Source: Bacillota bacterium
Lineage (GTDB): Bacteria; Planctomycetota; UBA8108; UBA1146
Length of the DNA: 64,000 nt
Assembly (NCBI GenBank): GCA_003973385.1
Contig: QNYK01000108.1
Span: 3,511-67,510, forward strand
Direction: 5' to 3'
Part shown: in pieces, positions 1-9,431 of the stretch
How the letters are laid out: the number at the start of each line of letters is the position of its first letter
Position numbering within the stretch: position 1 is the first letter of the stretch
The notes under the pieces: model-generated
What the model saw: the letters and a program-made list of their open reading frames with translations, nothing else
Told to the model about the DNA's origin: nothing
Databases searched by the model: none
Position numbers and translations under genes: made by a program

Positions 1-1
1 C

Positions 2-490
2 CGCCGTGTATTTGCACAGAGCGTCGAACAGAAGGCCCGTGAACTGGTTTCCCAGCAGTGCGAAACCTTGCCACAAACACTGGCCGCCGCCATCGAGGAG
101 TTTTCTCGATGCTGGAAAGACACGATAGAAGAAACACGGCGTGACACCGTGAAATTAGCCCGTGGGATCGCTCAAAGGGTGCTCCGTCGCGAGATCGAGG
201 ACTTGCCATCGGTGGTAGTAGAAAACATCGAACTTGCAGTGCAGAGAATCGGTGATCGATGTCAGATCGTCGTCGAGGTCAACCCTGCAGACCTCACTGC
301 TGTTGTCCAGTTCCTTCCGATTCTAGGACAGAAGTTTGAAGGTGCAGAGGGTGCCGAGATTGTAGGTGAAGAGTCCATCACGCGCGGCGGCTGCCGAGTT
401 CGCAGTCGCTCAGCGAGTGTGGATCTGACGATGGAAACGCAATTGGATCTGATCGAATCGGCACTGATCAAGGATACCCAGGAGAATTGA
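2..490 (+). CDS. fliH: Flagellar export ATPase regulator FliH (5'-truncated by window edge)
   Basis: Frame is open from position 2. C-terminal 'VEVNPADL...ESITRGGCRVRS...VDLTMETQL' is typical of FliH/SctL. Immediately upstream of fliI. Confidence 0.9.
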   Translation, partial: RRVFAQSVEQKARELVSQQCETLPQTLAAAIEEFSRCWKDTIEETRRDTVKLARGIAQRVLRREIEDLPSVVVENIELAVQRIGDRCQIVVEVNPADLTAVVQFLPILGQKFEGAEGAEIVGEESITRGGCRVRSRSASVDLTMETQLDLIESALIKDTQEN

Positions 491-1812
491 TGAATTTCAT
501 CGAAGCACTCGAGTCACTGAATACGGGTCAGATGGTGAGGGTGCGCGGCACAGTTGCTCGCGTTACAGGAGTGATCGTCGAGGCGCAAGGTCTGTCACTT
601 CCAGTGGGCGCTGAGTGCACCATCCGGACTCGAGAAGGTGATCAGGTGGTGGCAGAGGTGATCGGGTTCTCCGGCGATAGGTGCCACTTGCTTCCCGAGT
701 CGGGCATCTCAGGAATCGCTCCTCAAGATGTAGTGATTCACGACGGAGAAAAGCCCAGCGTCGAGGTTTCTCACCAGTTGCTGGGGCGCGTTATCAATGC
801 AAGGGGGATCCCCATCGATGGAATGGGACCTGTTCCCTGTGGTGAGAAGATGCCAATCCATGCAGATCCAATTCCGGCGCTTGAGCGTCAGAAGATTGAC
901 CGTGCAGTCCACACGGGTGTACGCGCGTTTGACTCGATCCTGACCGTGGGAGTGGGTCAGCGCCTGGGGATCTTCTCGGGAAGTGGTGTCGGCAAATCGA
1001 CCCTGCTCGGAATGATAGCAAGGAACACCGAACTGCCGATCAGGGTGATCGCGCTGGTCGGAGAACGAGGACGCGAGGTCCGAGAGTTCATCGATCGAGA
1101 CCTCGGGCCTGAAGGCCTTGCTCGAAGCGTTGTTGTGGTTGCGACAGGAGATGAAGCCGCAGTGATGAGACTGAGGGCAGCCAAGGTTGCGACCTCCATC
1201 GCGGAGTGGTTCAGGGATCAGGGAAATGATGTTCTGTTGCTGGTGGACTCCATCACGAGAGTGGCTCTTGCTCAGCGAGAAGTTGGTCTGTGCGCCGGGG
1301 AGCCTCCCACCACCCGGGGATACACACCCAGCGTCTTCGGCATGCTGCCACGGCTTCTCGAGCGAACTGGACCTGGCAAGGTTGGAAGCATCACCGCGTT
1401 TTATTCTGTCCTGGTCGAAGGGGATGACCTGCACGATCCGATAGGGGATGCGGTAAGAGGGATTCTCGATGGGCAGATCTGGTTGAGTAGAGATCTTGCG
1501 AACCGGGGCTGGTTCCCACCGGTAGACCCCTGTGCCAGCACCAGCAGGGCGATGAGTTCCGTGGTCGATCCTGAGCATCTCCTCGGTGCTCGCTCGCTGG
1601 TTGAACTGGTGGCGACACACCGGGAGATCGAGGACATGGTGCGTCTCGGTGCGTATGTCCGCGGTCAGGATCAGAGGTCCGATGCCGCTCTCGATGCGAT
1701 GCCATCCATCGAGGAGTTATTGCGTCAATTGCCTTCAGAAAAGAGTGAGTTCGAGCTCACCAGGAAGCGCCTGATCGATATCACCAGTAACTCCAGCAAG
1801 GAGGTTGCCTGA
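490..1812 (+). CDS. fliI: Flagellar export ATPase FliI
   Basis: Walker A GSGVGKS, 'ALVGERGREVREF', 'DSITRVALAQREVGL..GEPP', 'VRGILDGQIWLSRDLA'. TGATG overlap with fliH (ORF track starts at TTG 487). Confidence 0.96.
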   Translation: MNFIEALESLNTGQMVRVRGTVARVTGVIVEAQGLSLPVGAECTIRTREGDQVVAEVIGFSGDRCHLLPESGISGIAPQDVVIHDGEKPSVEVSHQLLGRVINARGIPIDGMGPVPCGEKMPIHADPIPALERQKIDRAVHTGVRAFDSILTVGVGQRLGIFSGSGVGKSTLLGMIARNTELPIRVIALVGERGREVREFIDRDLGPEGLARSVVVVATGDEAAVMRLRAAKVATSIAEWFRDQGNDVLLLVDSITRVALAQREVGLCAGEPPTTRGYTPSVFGMLPRLLERTGPGKVGSITAFYSVLVEGDDLHDPIGDAVRGILDGQIWLSRDLANRGWFPPVDPCASTSRAMSSVVDPEHLLGARSLVELVATHREIEDMVRLGAYVRGQDQRSDAALDAMPSIEELLRQLPSEKSEFELTRKRLIDITSNSSKEVA

Positions 1813-2270
1813 TGTCGACCGAAGAATTTCGACTCGATGCGCTGCTCAAATTGCGAAAGAAAGAAGCCAATCTGCAACAAGGAAAAATGAATGCTTGCAT
1901 CCGGAGACTGGAAGAACAGCACCAGGAAATGGACAGAACCAACCAGGAATACAACGCGGTGGTCACTCTCCTCCGGGAGGAGGATCAGATCGGAGCGACC
2001 CTCTCGGAACTGATGGTTCATCGCAGATATCTCGAACGGATGAGAGATCTGGCGAAGCAGCAGGGGGAACTCTCGGATGCATTGGCAGCGGATCTTGAAC
2101 AGGTTCGAGGTCATGTCATCGAGGCCATCCAACGATGTCGTGCGGTCGAAAAATTGAAGGAACGGTTTGTTGAGCGGGAATCAGAACGTGCCGAACGAAG
2201 CGAGCAGCGCTTCGTCGATGCCGAGACCAGCGCTCGGTTTGCGGCGGTGATCCAGGCGGAATCAGCCTGA
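1812..2270 (+). CDS. fliJ: Flagellar export chaperone/stalk FliJ
   Basis: 152-aa coiled coil starting 'FRLDALLKLR' and ending 'VEKLKER...EQRFVD', directly after fliI. Confidence 0.85.
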   Translation: MSTEEFRLDALLKLRKKEANLQQGKMNACIRRLEEQHQEMDRTNQEYNAVVTLLREEDQIGATLSELMVHRRYLERMRDLAKQQGELSDALAADLEQVRGHVIEAIQRCRAVEKLKERFVERESERAERSEQRFVDAETSARFAAVIQAESA

Positions 2271-2325
2271 CAGGGGCAGAGTCCTGCTCAGTAGCGAGCG
2301 GAACACAGTGGAAGGGAAACCAGCG

Positions 2326-2991
2326 ATGGAAAATCTCCGGAGTCGAAAAAGAAATGAACTCCGCTGGGTGAGAACAGTGGTGCTGTTGGCATTGTTGGTG
2401 ATCGTGGTCACCACATTCATCGATGCACAACAGTTTCCGGTTCCGAAAACAGCAACCAATAGTGATGTGTCAGGAACTCCTGTGCCAGACGAGCGTTTTG
2501 CCAATGGCGGCGTCATTGCTGCTGCAAGTTCCGGCAGTTCCTCTGCGCCATGGAAAACAATTCAGGCACTTGGGGCAATTCTCGTCATCACAGGAGTGGG
2601 AATCGGTGGGTACATATTGATTCGTAAATATGCGCCAGGAGCGATTCCGGGGACGGATTCTCGCATGAAGGTTCTGATGCGGATGCCCATCGGGAATCGC
2701 CAAAGCATCATCATCCTTCGGGTAGGTGACAGGGTGCTTGTTGTGGGCGCTTCCTCCGGCGGCATGAAGTGCCTCAGCGAGATCACCGATCAACATGAAG
2801 TTGAAAACCTCAGCTACGGTGTGGAGTTCTCACGGGAACGGAGAAAAGTAAACGAATTGGTAGATAGCGAGGATCTCGGCGACTTTGTCGAGGACGATGA
2901 GAAAACCAGCGATGTGCAACATGAGATCGAGTGGCTTCGTGACCGCCTGGATGGTTACGGAGAGAAGGTCGAAGGAAAGGTGCGTACGTGA
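2326..2991 (+). CDS. fliO: Flagellar biosynthesis protein FliO/FliZ
   Basis: TM helix followed by 'MKVLMRMPIGNRQSIIILRVGDRVLVVGAS..GMKCLSEI' (FliO beta domain); precedes fliP. Alternative GTG start at 2308. Confidence 0.85.
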   Translation: MENLRSRKRNELRWVRTVVLLALLVIVVTTFIDAQQFPVPKTATNSDVSGTPVPDERFANGGVIAAASSGSSSAPWKTIQALGAILVITGVGIGGYILIRKYAPGAIPGTDSRMKVLMRMPIGNRQSIIILRVGDRVLVVGASSGGMKCLSEITDQHEVENLSYGVEFSRERRKVNELVDSEDLGDFVEDDEKTSDVQHEIEWLRDRLDGYGEKVEGKVRT

Positions 2992-3833
2992 TCAACGTCC
3001 GGCGTTCACTGATTCTGGGAGTCCTCGTGGCGTTTGCGATCTTGTTCATCGCAGCGCCGGAAGCGATGGCGAACGCCGATGATGGTGCAGAGGTAGGAAT
3101 CATCGATCGTATTCTGAGTGGATCTCCGGGCGATGTAGATGTTTCTATCAAGTTGATCTTGCTGACAACAGTTCTCGCCATAGCACCGGCACTGTTGATG
3201 CTGACGACCTGCTTTACGCGAATCATCGTGGTGTTGGGATTTGTCAGGCGAGCCATTGGCACCCAGGATTCGCCACCCAACCAGGTTCTCGTGGGACTCG
3301 CCTTCCTGCTCACGCTGGCAGTGATGGGGCCGGTCTGGAGCGATATCTACACCAATGCGATCCAGCCCTATGCAGACCAGACTCCGATGCCGACCACCGG
3401 GAAGGTGCCTACAGGGGAAGAAGCGTACGCTTACGCAGATTCGAAGATGCGGGAGTTCATGTACCACGCCATCGACGAGGGTGACCTGCTCTTGATGGCC
3501 AGGGTAGGCGCAGCAAAAACTGTCGAGGAACAATACGAGGAAGACGGGATCATCAGCGCTGAATTCGTCGATTCATTACCGACCACGGTGATCATCCCGG
3601 CGTTTGTCCTCAGCGAGCTGAGGCGAGCCTTCGAGATGGGATTCATGATCTACATCCCATTTGTCGTCATCGACCTGGTGGTCTCCGCATTGCTGGTCTC
3701 GATGGGGATGTTGATGCTTCCACCGGTGGTTGTGTCGCTCCCCTTCAAGGTGCTGGTTTTCGTGCTGGTGGACGGTTGGGGACTGGTAGTCGAGCAGCTG
3801 TTGTTCTCCTCGATGGTGACGGTGACCGGATGA
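2988..3833 (+). CDS. fliP: Flagellar export gate protein FliP
   Basis: 'FTRIIVVLGFVRRAIGTQDSPPNQVLVGLA', 'PAFVLSELRRAFEMGFMIYIPFVVIDLVV', 'MGMLMLPP..SLPFK..FVLVDGW'. Confidence 0.96.
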   Translation: MINVRRSLILGVLVAFAILFIAAPEAMANADDGAEVGIIDRILSGSPGDVDVSIKLILLTTVLAIAPALLMLTTCFTRIIVVLGFVRRAIGTQDSPPNQVLVGLAFLLTLAVMGPVWSDIYTNAIQPYADQTPMPTTGKVPTGEEAYAYADSKMREFMYHAIDEGDLLLMARVGAAKTVEEQYEEDGIISAEFVDSLPTTVIIPAFVLSELRRAFEMGFMIYIPFVVIDLVVSALLVSMGMLMLPPVVVSLPFKVLVFVLVDGWGLVVEQLLFSSMVTVTG

Positions 3834-4108
3834 CCCGATTAGATGTAGCACTGGATTTCCTCCAGCAGGCGTTGCTCGTTGCACTGCAACTGTCGGTGCC
3901 AATATTGTTGGTGATGATGATTGTCGGAATTGCCGTGAGTCTCATCCAGGCAATGACTCACCTACAGGATCAAACTCTCACCTTCGTTCCGAAGATCCTT
4001 GCCGTCGCCATGGCTCTGTTACTGCTGATGCCACTGCTATTGGGATGGGCGACCGAGTTCACCAGGGAAATGATCCAGGCCTCCGCCGTCGCGCTGGGTG
4101 GGGGGTGA
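3830..4108 (+). CDS. fliQ: Flagellar export gate protein FliQ
   Basis: 'VGIAVSLIQAMTHLQDQTLTFVPKI'. ATG 3830 overlaps the fliP stop. Confidence 0.95.
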   Translation: MTRLDVALDFLQQALLVALQLSVPILLVMMIVGIAVSLIQAMTHLQDQTLTFVPKILAVAMALLLLMPLLLGWATEFTREMIQASAVALGGG

Positions 4109-4114
4109 TCCAGG

Positions 4115-4948
4115 ATGGCTGAGCTTTTCGAATACTCCATCTCCTCATGGACCGGCTGGTTCCTCGTATTCATGAGGATCTCGGGAGCGATGATGGTGCT
4201 TCCCATCTTCTCTTCTCGCACTATTCCTGCCCGGATCAAGGCCGCGATTGCGGCGCTGATCGCGCTCTGCGTGGCGCCACTGGCCATCGCAGATCCTTCC
4301 GGAACCGGCGCCAGGGAGATGGGGGAGTTGATGGCGACACCGCTGGTTGGCGCCGTCTCCATCTGTGGTGAGCTGGCTCTTGGCTGGGTCCTGGGCGCCA
4401 CTGCAGCGGTATTGATGTGGGGCGCGCACCTCGGAGGACAGTTGATTGGACAGGATTCTGGGCTGGCGTTTGGTCAGGTGGTCGACCCCACGACCGGGCA
4501 AGCGACGGCTCCGACGGCGACATTGATGATGATTTTCGCAGGACTTGCTTTTCTGGCACTGGAAGGTCATCGGCTGGTGATCCTGGCGCTGTGCGGCTCC
4601 TTCGATGCCGTTCCTCCCGGATCCATCGGCAATATCCTGATACACGGGGTTCCCCTCACCACCGCTGCTCGCATCACGAGCGAGATCGGCTCGCAAACCT
4701 GGATGCTTGGACTTCAGATCGCTTTCCCGGCCAGTATCGCGCTGCTGGTGACGACCTTGGGCCTCGGTTTGATGGCCCGGATGATTCCCGAGATGAATGT
4801 GTTTGCGGTTGGCTTTGCAGTGCGTACAGGGGTTGGAATGCTGGCCCTCTTCATGACACTTCCCTTCATCGCTGATCTGTTTGGTGCTGTCGTCTCAACG
4901 GGCCTCCAGGGATCGCAGATGATCCTCAATGGACTCGGAGGGAACTGA
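4115..4948 (+). CDS. fliR: Flagellar export gate protein FliR
   Basis: 'FMRISGAMMVLPIFS...IPARIKA', 'GQLIGQDSGLAFGQVVDP', 'GLMARMIPEMNVFAVGFAVR'. Confidence 0.95.
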   Translation: MAELFEYSISSWTGWFLVFMRISGAMMVLPIFSSRTIPARIKAAIAALIALCVAPLAIADPSGTGAREMGELMATPLVGAVSICGELALGWVLGATAAVLMWGAHLGGQLIGQDSGLAFGQVVDPTTGQATAPTATLMMIFAGLAFLALEGHRLVILALCGSFDAVPPGSIGNILIHGVPLTTAARITSEIGSQTWMLGLQIAFPASIALLVTTLGLGLMARMIPEMNVFAVGFAVRTGVGMLALFMTLPFIADLFGAVVSTGLQGSQMILNGLGGN

Positions 4949-4949
4949 A

Positions 4950-5789
4950 GTGATATTCCAGATGACTGACCACGGTGAGAAGACCGAAGCTCCGACGCGC
5001 AAACGACTGGAATCGGCTCGACTGGAGGGTCGGGTAGCACTCAGCACTGACCTGGTCGGATCCTTCGTGCTGACTTCTGGTTTCGGTTTCTTGCTTTTCT
5101 TCTCCGGGAGCATTTTTGCAGCGATCTTTTCAGGAACCAGGGCATCTCTGGGTTCCATCGGGAGTATCCGACTCGACGAGCAGGCAAGCCTCCAGTTGCT
5201 GACAGATGCGGTGGAACAATCCCTCGTCATCTTGCTGCCGATACTGATGACGTTATTTGCCGTCGCGGCAGTGGTGACATGGTTGCAGGTAGGCCTACGC
5301 ATCCGCACAGAGGAGGTGTTGCCGGATCTGCAAAGAGTCGATCCGATCCGAGCACTGATGAACATCATCGGCCTCGGAGGGCTGAGGCGAGTGGTTATGG
5401 GAGTGCTGAAATTGATCGCCGTGGGAATCGTGCTTGTTCCGGGTATCTGGGGCCTGATGGGGGACTCTGAAGTGATCCGCAGTGCTGCGGTGGTGGCAGC
5501 AGATGGATCTCTGGCTGCGGTCGGCGCGAAACTGGTCGAACTGATCCTGCAGGCATGTGGTGCCCTGCTGGTCGTTTCCGCGGTGGATTGGGCCTACAGG
5601 CGCTGGGTTTACGAGAGATCCCTGATGATGAGCCGGAGAGAAGTCGAGGACGAGAAGAGAGAAATGACCGGCGATCCTCACCTGAAAAGAAGACGCAAGC
5701 AGCGGCATCAGCAAATCCTGGCGAAGCGGGGGCCGGAGTTCACCGACGAGACGTTACTCCACGGCGGATCGACAGGTGATTCCCGATGA
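4950..5789 (+). CDS. flhB: FlhB, C-terminally truncated (no NPTH motif, no CC domain)
   Basis: 'EKTEAPTRKRLESARLEGRV', four TM segments and 'LMMSRREVEDEKREMTGDPHLKRRR'. About 279 aa from GTG 4950 (ATG 4962 alternative). The stop overlaps the flhA start. Confidence 0.92.
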   Translation: MIFQMTDHGEKTEAPTRKRLESARLEGRVALSTDLVGSFVLTSGFGFLLFFSGSIFAAIFSGTRASLGSIGSIRLDEQASLQLLTDAVEQSLVILLPILMTLFAVAAVVTWLQVGLRIRTEEVLPDLQRVDPIRALMNIIGLGGLRRVVMGVLKLIAVGIVLVPGIWGLMGDSEVIRSAAVVAADGSLAAVGAKLVELILQACGALLVVSAVDWAYRRWVYERSLMMSRREVEDEKREMTGDPHLKRRRKQRHQQILAKRGPEFTDETLLHGGSTGDSR

Positions 5790-7951
5790 ACGAGCACCAG
5801 ATGCAAACACTGACGCCAGCCTCCGGGTGGAAAAATACCATCCGCAGGAACCGGGATCTCGCAGTCGTGATGGCGCTCGCTGGGATCCTCATCGCCATCC
5901 TTGTGCCACTGCCCGGGCGATTGATGGACGGGTTGCTCGGCGCGAACATCGGCTTATCAGTGCTGGTGCTACTCACGGTGGTATTTCTGCGAAAGCCGCT
6001 CGAGTTCGCAGCATTTCCTTCCCTGTTGCTGCTGGCGACGCTGTACCGTCTCGCCCTCAACATCGCCACGACTCGATTGGTTCTCAGTCGTGCAGGAGAC
6101 GAAGGAGTTTCGGCAGCTGGAGATGTGGTGCACTTCTTCGGTGAGTTTGTTTCGGGATCCAATTTGATCGTCGGTTTCATCATCTTCTCGATACTCGTGG
6201 TGATCCAGTTTGTCGTTGTGACCAAGGGAGCCACTCGTATTGCAGAAGTGGCTGCTAGATTCACGCTCGACAGGATGCCGGGCGCTCAGATGGCCATCGA
6301 TGCCGATCTCAATGCGGGCAACATCACGGGAGACGAGGCGAGGACTGCAAGAGAGGAGCTCGCCGGACAGGCAGATTTTTACGGGGCGATGGATGGAGCC
6401 AGCAAGTTTGTCCGCGGAGATGCCATCGCCGCGATCATCATCACGATCATCAATATCGTTGGTGGATTCACCATCGGAGTCCTGCAGTACGGGATGACCT
6501 TTGCTGAAGCGGGAAGGGTATTCACGACCCTGACCATCGGAGATGGCCTGGTCACGCAGATTCCTGCACTTTTTATCAGCGTCGCTGCAGGGTTGATGGT
6601 CACCAGAGCATCGACGAAGGGGCAGATCGGAGACGCCGTCGTCGGGCAGTTGTTCGGAAACCCGAGGGCCCTGGCGATCACGGCTTTGATTCTGGTGGCC
6701 CTTGCCTTCACTGGTTTGCCTCCCGGTGTTCTTGGTGTTCTGGCTGTTTCACTGGCGGCTGTGGCTTACTGGTCGCGAAAACCGAACCAGGAGCAGATCG
6801 GTTCAGAGACTGCAGTGGCGGAGCCCTCCCTCGCCGAGACCGTCGCAACAACAGAAGACGCCAGGCAGGGGGGTAGGGCCAGCACGCGCCATTTCGAGTT
6901 CTCAGGCCAGCAACCGATTCGCATCGAACTCGGTTACGGCCTTCAGAGTCTTATTGAACCGGAATCATCAGGAGTTGCACTCAATGTTCGGGTTCAGCAA
7001 CTGAGAGAAGATCTTCAGAAAGAACTTGGATTCTGGATTCCCCCTGTACACGCCAGGGTGCAGATTCGCGGAATCCCGAGGCAAGAGTTCAGCATCCAGT
7101 TGAGAGAGATTCCCTGTTCGCGTGGTGTGTTGAGAGCAAGGAAGGCACTCATCGTTTCAGATCATCGGCGCTCCATAGATGGAATTGCAGGAGATGCTGC
7201 TGAACTGGAGATTCTTGAAGCACCCGCGAAGTGGGTATCGCTCGAAGAGGGTGATATGCGCAAGTCACTCGGATACCGGGTACTGACGGCGCAGGATGCG
7301 CTGATTCTTCACCTCCGAAACGTGATCATGGAACACATTCAGGAACTTCTGACCCAGAAGGAAACTCGCAGGATCCTTGAACGAGTTGGCGAGGAGTGCC
7401 GAACTCTCGTGGACGAAGTGGTTCCGGATCTGCTGCGAGTCGGAGAGATACAAAAAATTCTCCAGTCGCTACTCGCAGAGGGAGTCTCGATCCGGGATAT
7501 GGAGAAGATCCTCGAAACGCTGGGCGAGGAGGTGCAGCAACGTCCTGAAGCGCGCCAGGATCTCACAGCGCTGGCGGAGACGGTGCGAACAGTTCTCGGC
7601 CGCAGCATCTGTACTCAGTATCTGGATCAGCAGGGCAAGCTCCATGTCGTCACCCTGGATCCCCAGATCGAGAGTGTCTTGCTGGACGATCTGGAACCTG
7701 CCGATCGCGCCGGGAATGGCCCGTGTCTGTCACCACAGTTGCATGAGACGGTGATGGAAGCGCTGGTCATGGCGGTACACCAGCTGGTGGAGAATGACCA
7801 TCCTGCAGTCATCCTCACCTCGCCCCGGCTGAGGAGTCCGATCAAGAAGCTGCTGGAGAAGGAAGTGCCCACGGTGGCGGTCCTCTCCTACAATGAAGTT
7901 GGCCACGGTACCACCGTGGAATCTGGGGGGATGGCGAGAATCGTTGCCTGA
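5786..7951 (+). CDS. flhA: Flagellar export gate protein FlhA
   Basis: 'FPSLLLLATLYRLALNIATTR', FHIPEP 'RIAEVAARFTLD.MPG.QMAIDADL', 'DFYGAMDGASKFVRGDA', 'IGDGLVTQIPAL', full cytoplasmic domain ending 'VLSYNEV'. Confidence 0.97.
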   Translation: MNEHQMQTLTPASGWKNTIRRNRDLAVVMALAGILIAILVPLPGRLMDGLLGANIGLSVLVLLTVVFLRKPLEFAAFPSLLLLATLYRLALNIATTRLVLSRAGDEGVSAAGDVVHFFGEFVSGSNLIVGFIIFSILVVIQFVVVTKGATRIAEVAARFTLDRMPGAQMAIDADLNAGNITGDEARTAREELAGQADFYGAMDGASKFVRGDAIAAIIITIINIVGGFTIGVLQYGMTFAEAGRVFTTLTIGDGLVTQIPALFISVAAGLMVTRASTKGQIGDAVVGQLFGNPRALAITALILVALAFTGLPPGVLGVLAVSLAAVAYWSRKPNQEQIGSETAVAEPSLAETVATTEDARQGGRASTRHFEFSGQQPIRIELGYGLQSLIEPESSGVALNVRVQQLREDLQKELGFWIPPVHARVQIRGIPRQEFSIQLREIPCSRGVLRARKALIVSDHRRSIDGIAGDAAELEILEAPAKWVSLEEGDMRKSLGYRVLTAQDALILHLRNVIMEHIQELLTQKETRRILERVGEECRTLVDEVVPDLLRVGEIQKILQSLLAEGVSIRDMEKILETLGEEVQQRPEARQDLTALAETVRTVLGRSICTQYLDQQGKLHVVTLDPQIESVLLDDLEPADRAGNGPCLSPQLHETVMEALVMAVHQLVENDHPAVILTSPRLRSPIKKLLEKEVPTVAVLSYNEVGHGTTVESGGMARIVA

Positions 7952-8000
7952 CTTGCCGAGTCAGCTGGCGGTTTTTTCGCGGGGAAAGGGGAGCGTGCTC

Positions 8001-9431
8001 TTGAATGAGCCAACAGTACCCGGTGACGCGGGGCACACCCGCGTCGTAGCACCGGATTACGCATCTGCAGTTCGCATTCTTCAGGATCGATTCGGGAGTG
8101 ATTGGACAGTGGTCCATTCGCGAAAGGTTCGAAGGCCTGGATTTCTGGGATTGTTCGGCGTTTCTGATGTGGTCGTGATTGTCCGCACCGAGGAAGCGAT
8201 GCTATTCCAGCCTCAGGCAAATCCCGTCGTCTCCTCCAGTGGGAAACTGGCGCCATTGGCCAGAGAGTTGGGCGAGATTGATGTCCCTGTTTCGATCCCT
8301 GACCTCGTGCCGGTCACCGCAGGCAATTTCGAGCCGAGCAACGGAGCGGGGAATCTGGTGTATCGCCTCGAGGGTGCTCGCAGTCGCATCGCAGAGGAGT
8401 TGAAGGCGTATTCCAAATCGCTGGCAGGAGAATCGGCTACCGTTCCATGGAATCCAGTTCCGCCGAGAACTGACGAGGAATCACCGATCGAAATTGTGCG
8501 TCCCGGCGTTGCGATGCAGATGAAAACCGAAAGCGCTGCTTTCCTTGATGGGATGGCTGAGCCGATCGAGCCAGTGAGTACCGAAAAACTGATCGGCAAC
8601 AACATCGAGCAGAGTGAAGGCACGGATGTTGATCCCGCCTTCCTCGGTGCAGTGTTGACTCATTGCGATGTGGCTGGATTTCCTCCTGCGGCGCTGAAGA
8701 CCATCGTGCAGCAGGTTTGCGCCGATCCGATAGACGAGAGCCTGGGTCCCGAGGATTACCAGCAGATCGCCAGGGAAAGGATCGTTCGCTGCATCAAGGA
8801 GCGGATTCCTGACACGATGCAGATCGCAGGCGGATCGGTCGGCCAGCCGAGGGTGGTGGCTCTGGTCGGTCCCACGGGTGTCGGAAAGACCACGACGCTG
8901 GCGAAACTGGCGGCACATTTCCATCTGGTCGAGAAGAGGAGGGTCGGTCTTGTGACTCTCGATTGCTACAGAATCGGAGCCATCGAGCAACTGCGCCGAT
9001 TCGCCGAAATACTGGGCCTGCCTCTGAAAACAGTTTCCGAGACAGCAGGCGCGGCAGAGGCGATCGAGGGGTTCTCCGATTGCGATGTGATTCTGGTCGA
9101 TACAGCTGGCCGTAGTCAGCGCGACCAGGAACGCCTCATCGAGGTGAGGGATTCTCTCGCCAACATCGGAGACGTCGAGATACACCTGTGCCTGTCACTC
9201 GCTGCATCGCCGGAAGCGATCGTCGCCGCTGCGGAATCGTTTCGGATGGTCAAATACGACCGTGTCATCTTCACCAAACAAGATGAGTCGTATCGAAAGG
9301 GGTTCCTCTGGGACCTGTTCGGCGTGACTCCGGTTCCAGTCTCCTATGTCACCTGTGGGCAAGAGGTCCCCGAGGATATCCAGGCGGCTACCCGGGATTT
9401 GATCTGTGACATGATGATTCAGGGAAGATGA
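8001..9431 (+). CDS. flhF: SRP-type GTPase FlhF
   Basis: 'GPTGVGKTTTLAKLA', 'DCYRIGAIEQL', 'DTAGRS', 'TKQDE', 'GQEVPEDI'. Start probably TTG 8001 or GTG 7995; the track start at 7893 lies inside flhA. Confidence 0.93.
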   Translation: MNEPTVPGDAGHTRVVAPDYASAVRILQDRFGSDWTVVHSRKVRRPGFLGLFGVSDVVVIVRTEEAMLFQPQANPVVSSSGKLAPLARELGEIDVPVSIPDLVPVTAGNFEPSNGAGNLVYRLEGARSRIAEELKAYSKSLAGESATVPWNPVPPRTDEESPIEIVRPGVAMQMKTESAAFLDGMAEPIEPVSTEKLIGNNIEQSEGTDVDPAFLGAVLTHCDVAGFPPAALKTIVQQVCADPIDESLGPEDYQQIARERIVRCIKERIPDTMQIAGGSVGQPRVVALVGPTGVGKTTTLAKLAAHFHLVEKRRVGLVTLDCYRIGAIEQLRRFAEILGLPLKTVSETAGAAEAIEGFSDCDVILVDTAGRSQRDQERLIEVRDSLANIGDVEIHLCLSLAASPEAIVAAAESFRMVKYDRVIFTKQDESYRKGFLWDLFGVTPVPVSYVTCGQEVPEDIQAATRDLICDMMIQGR

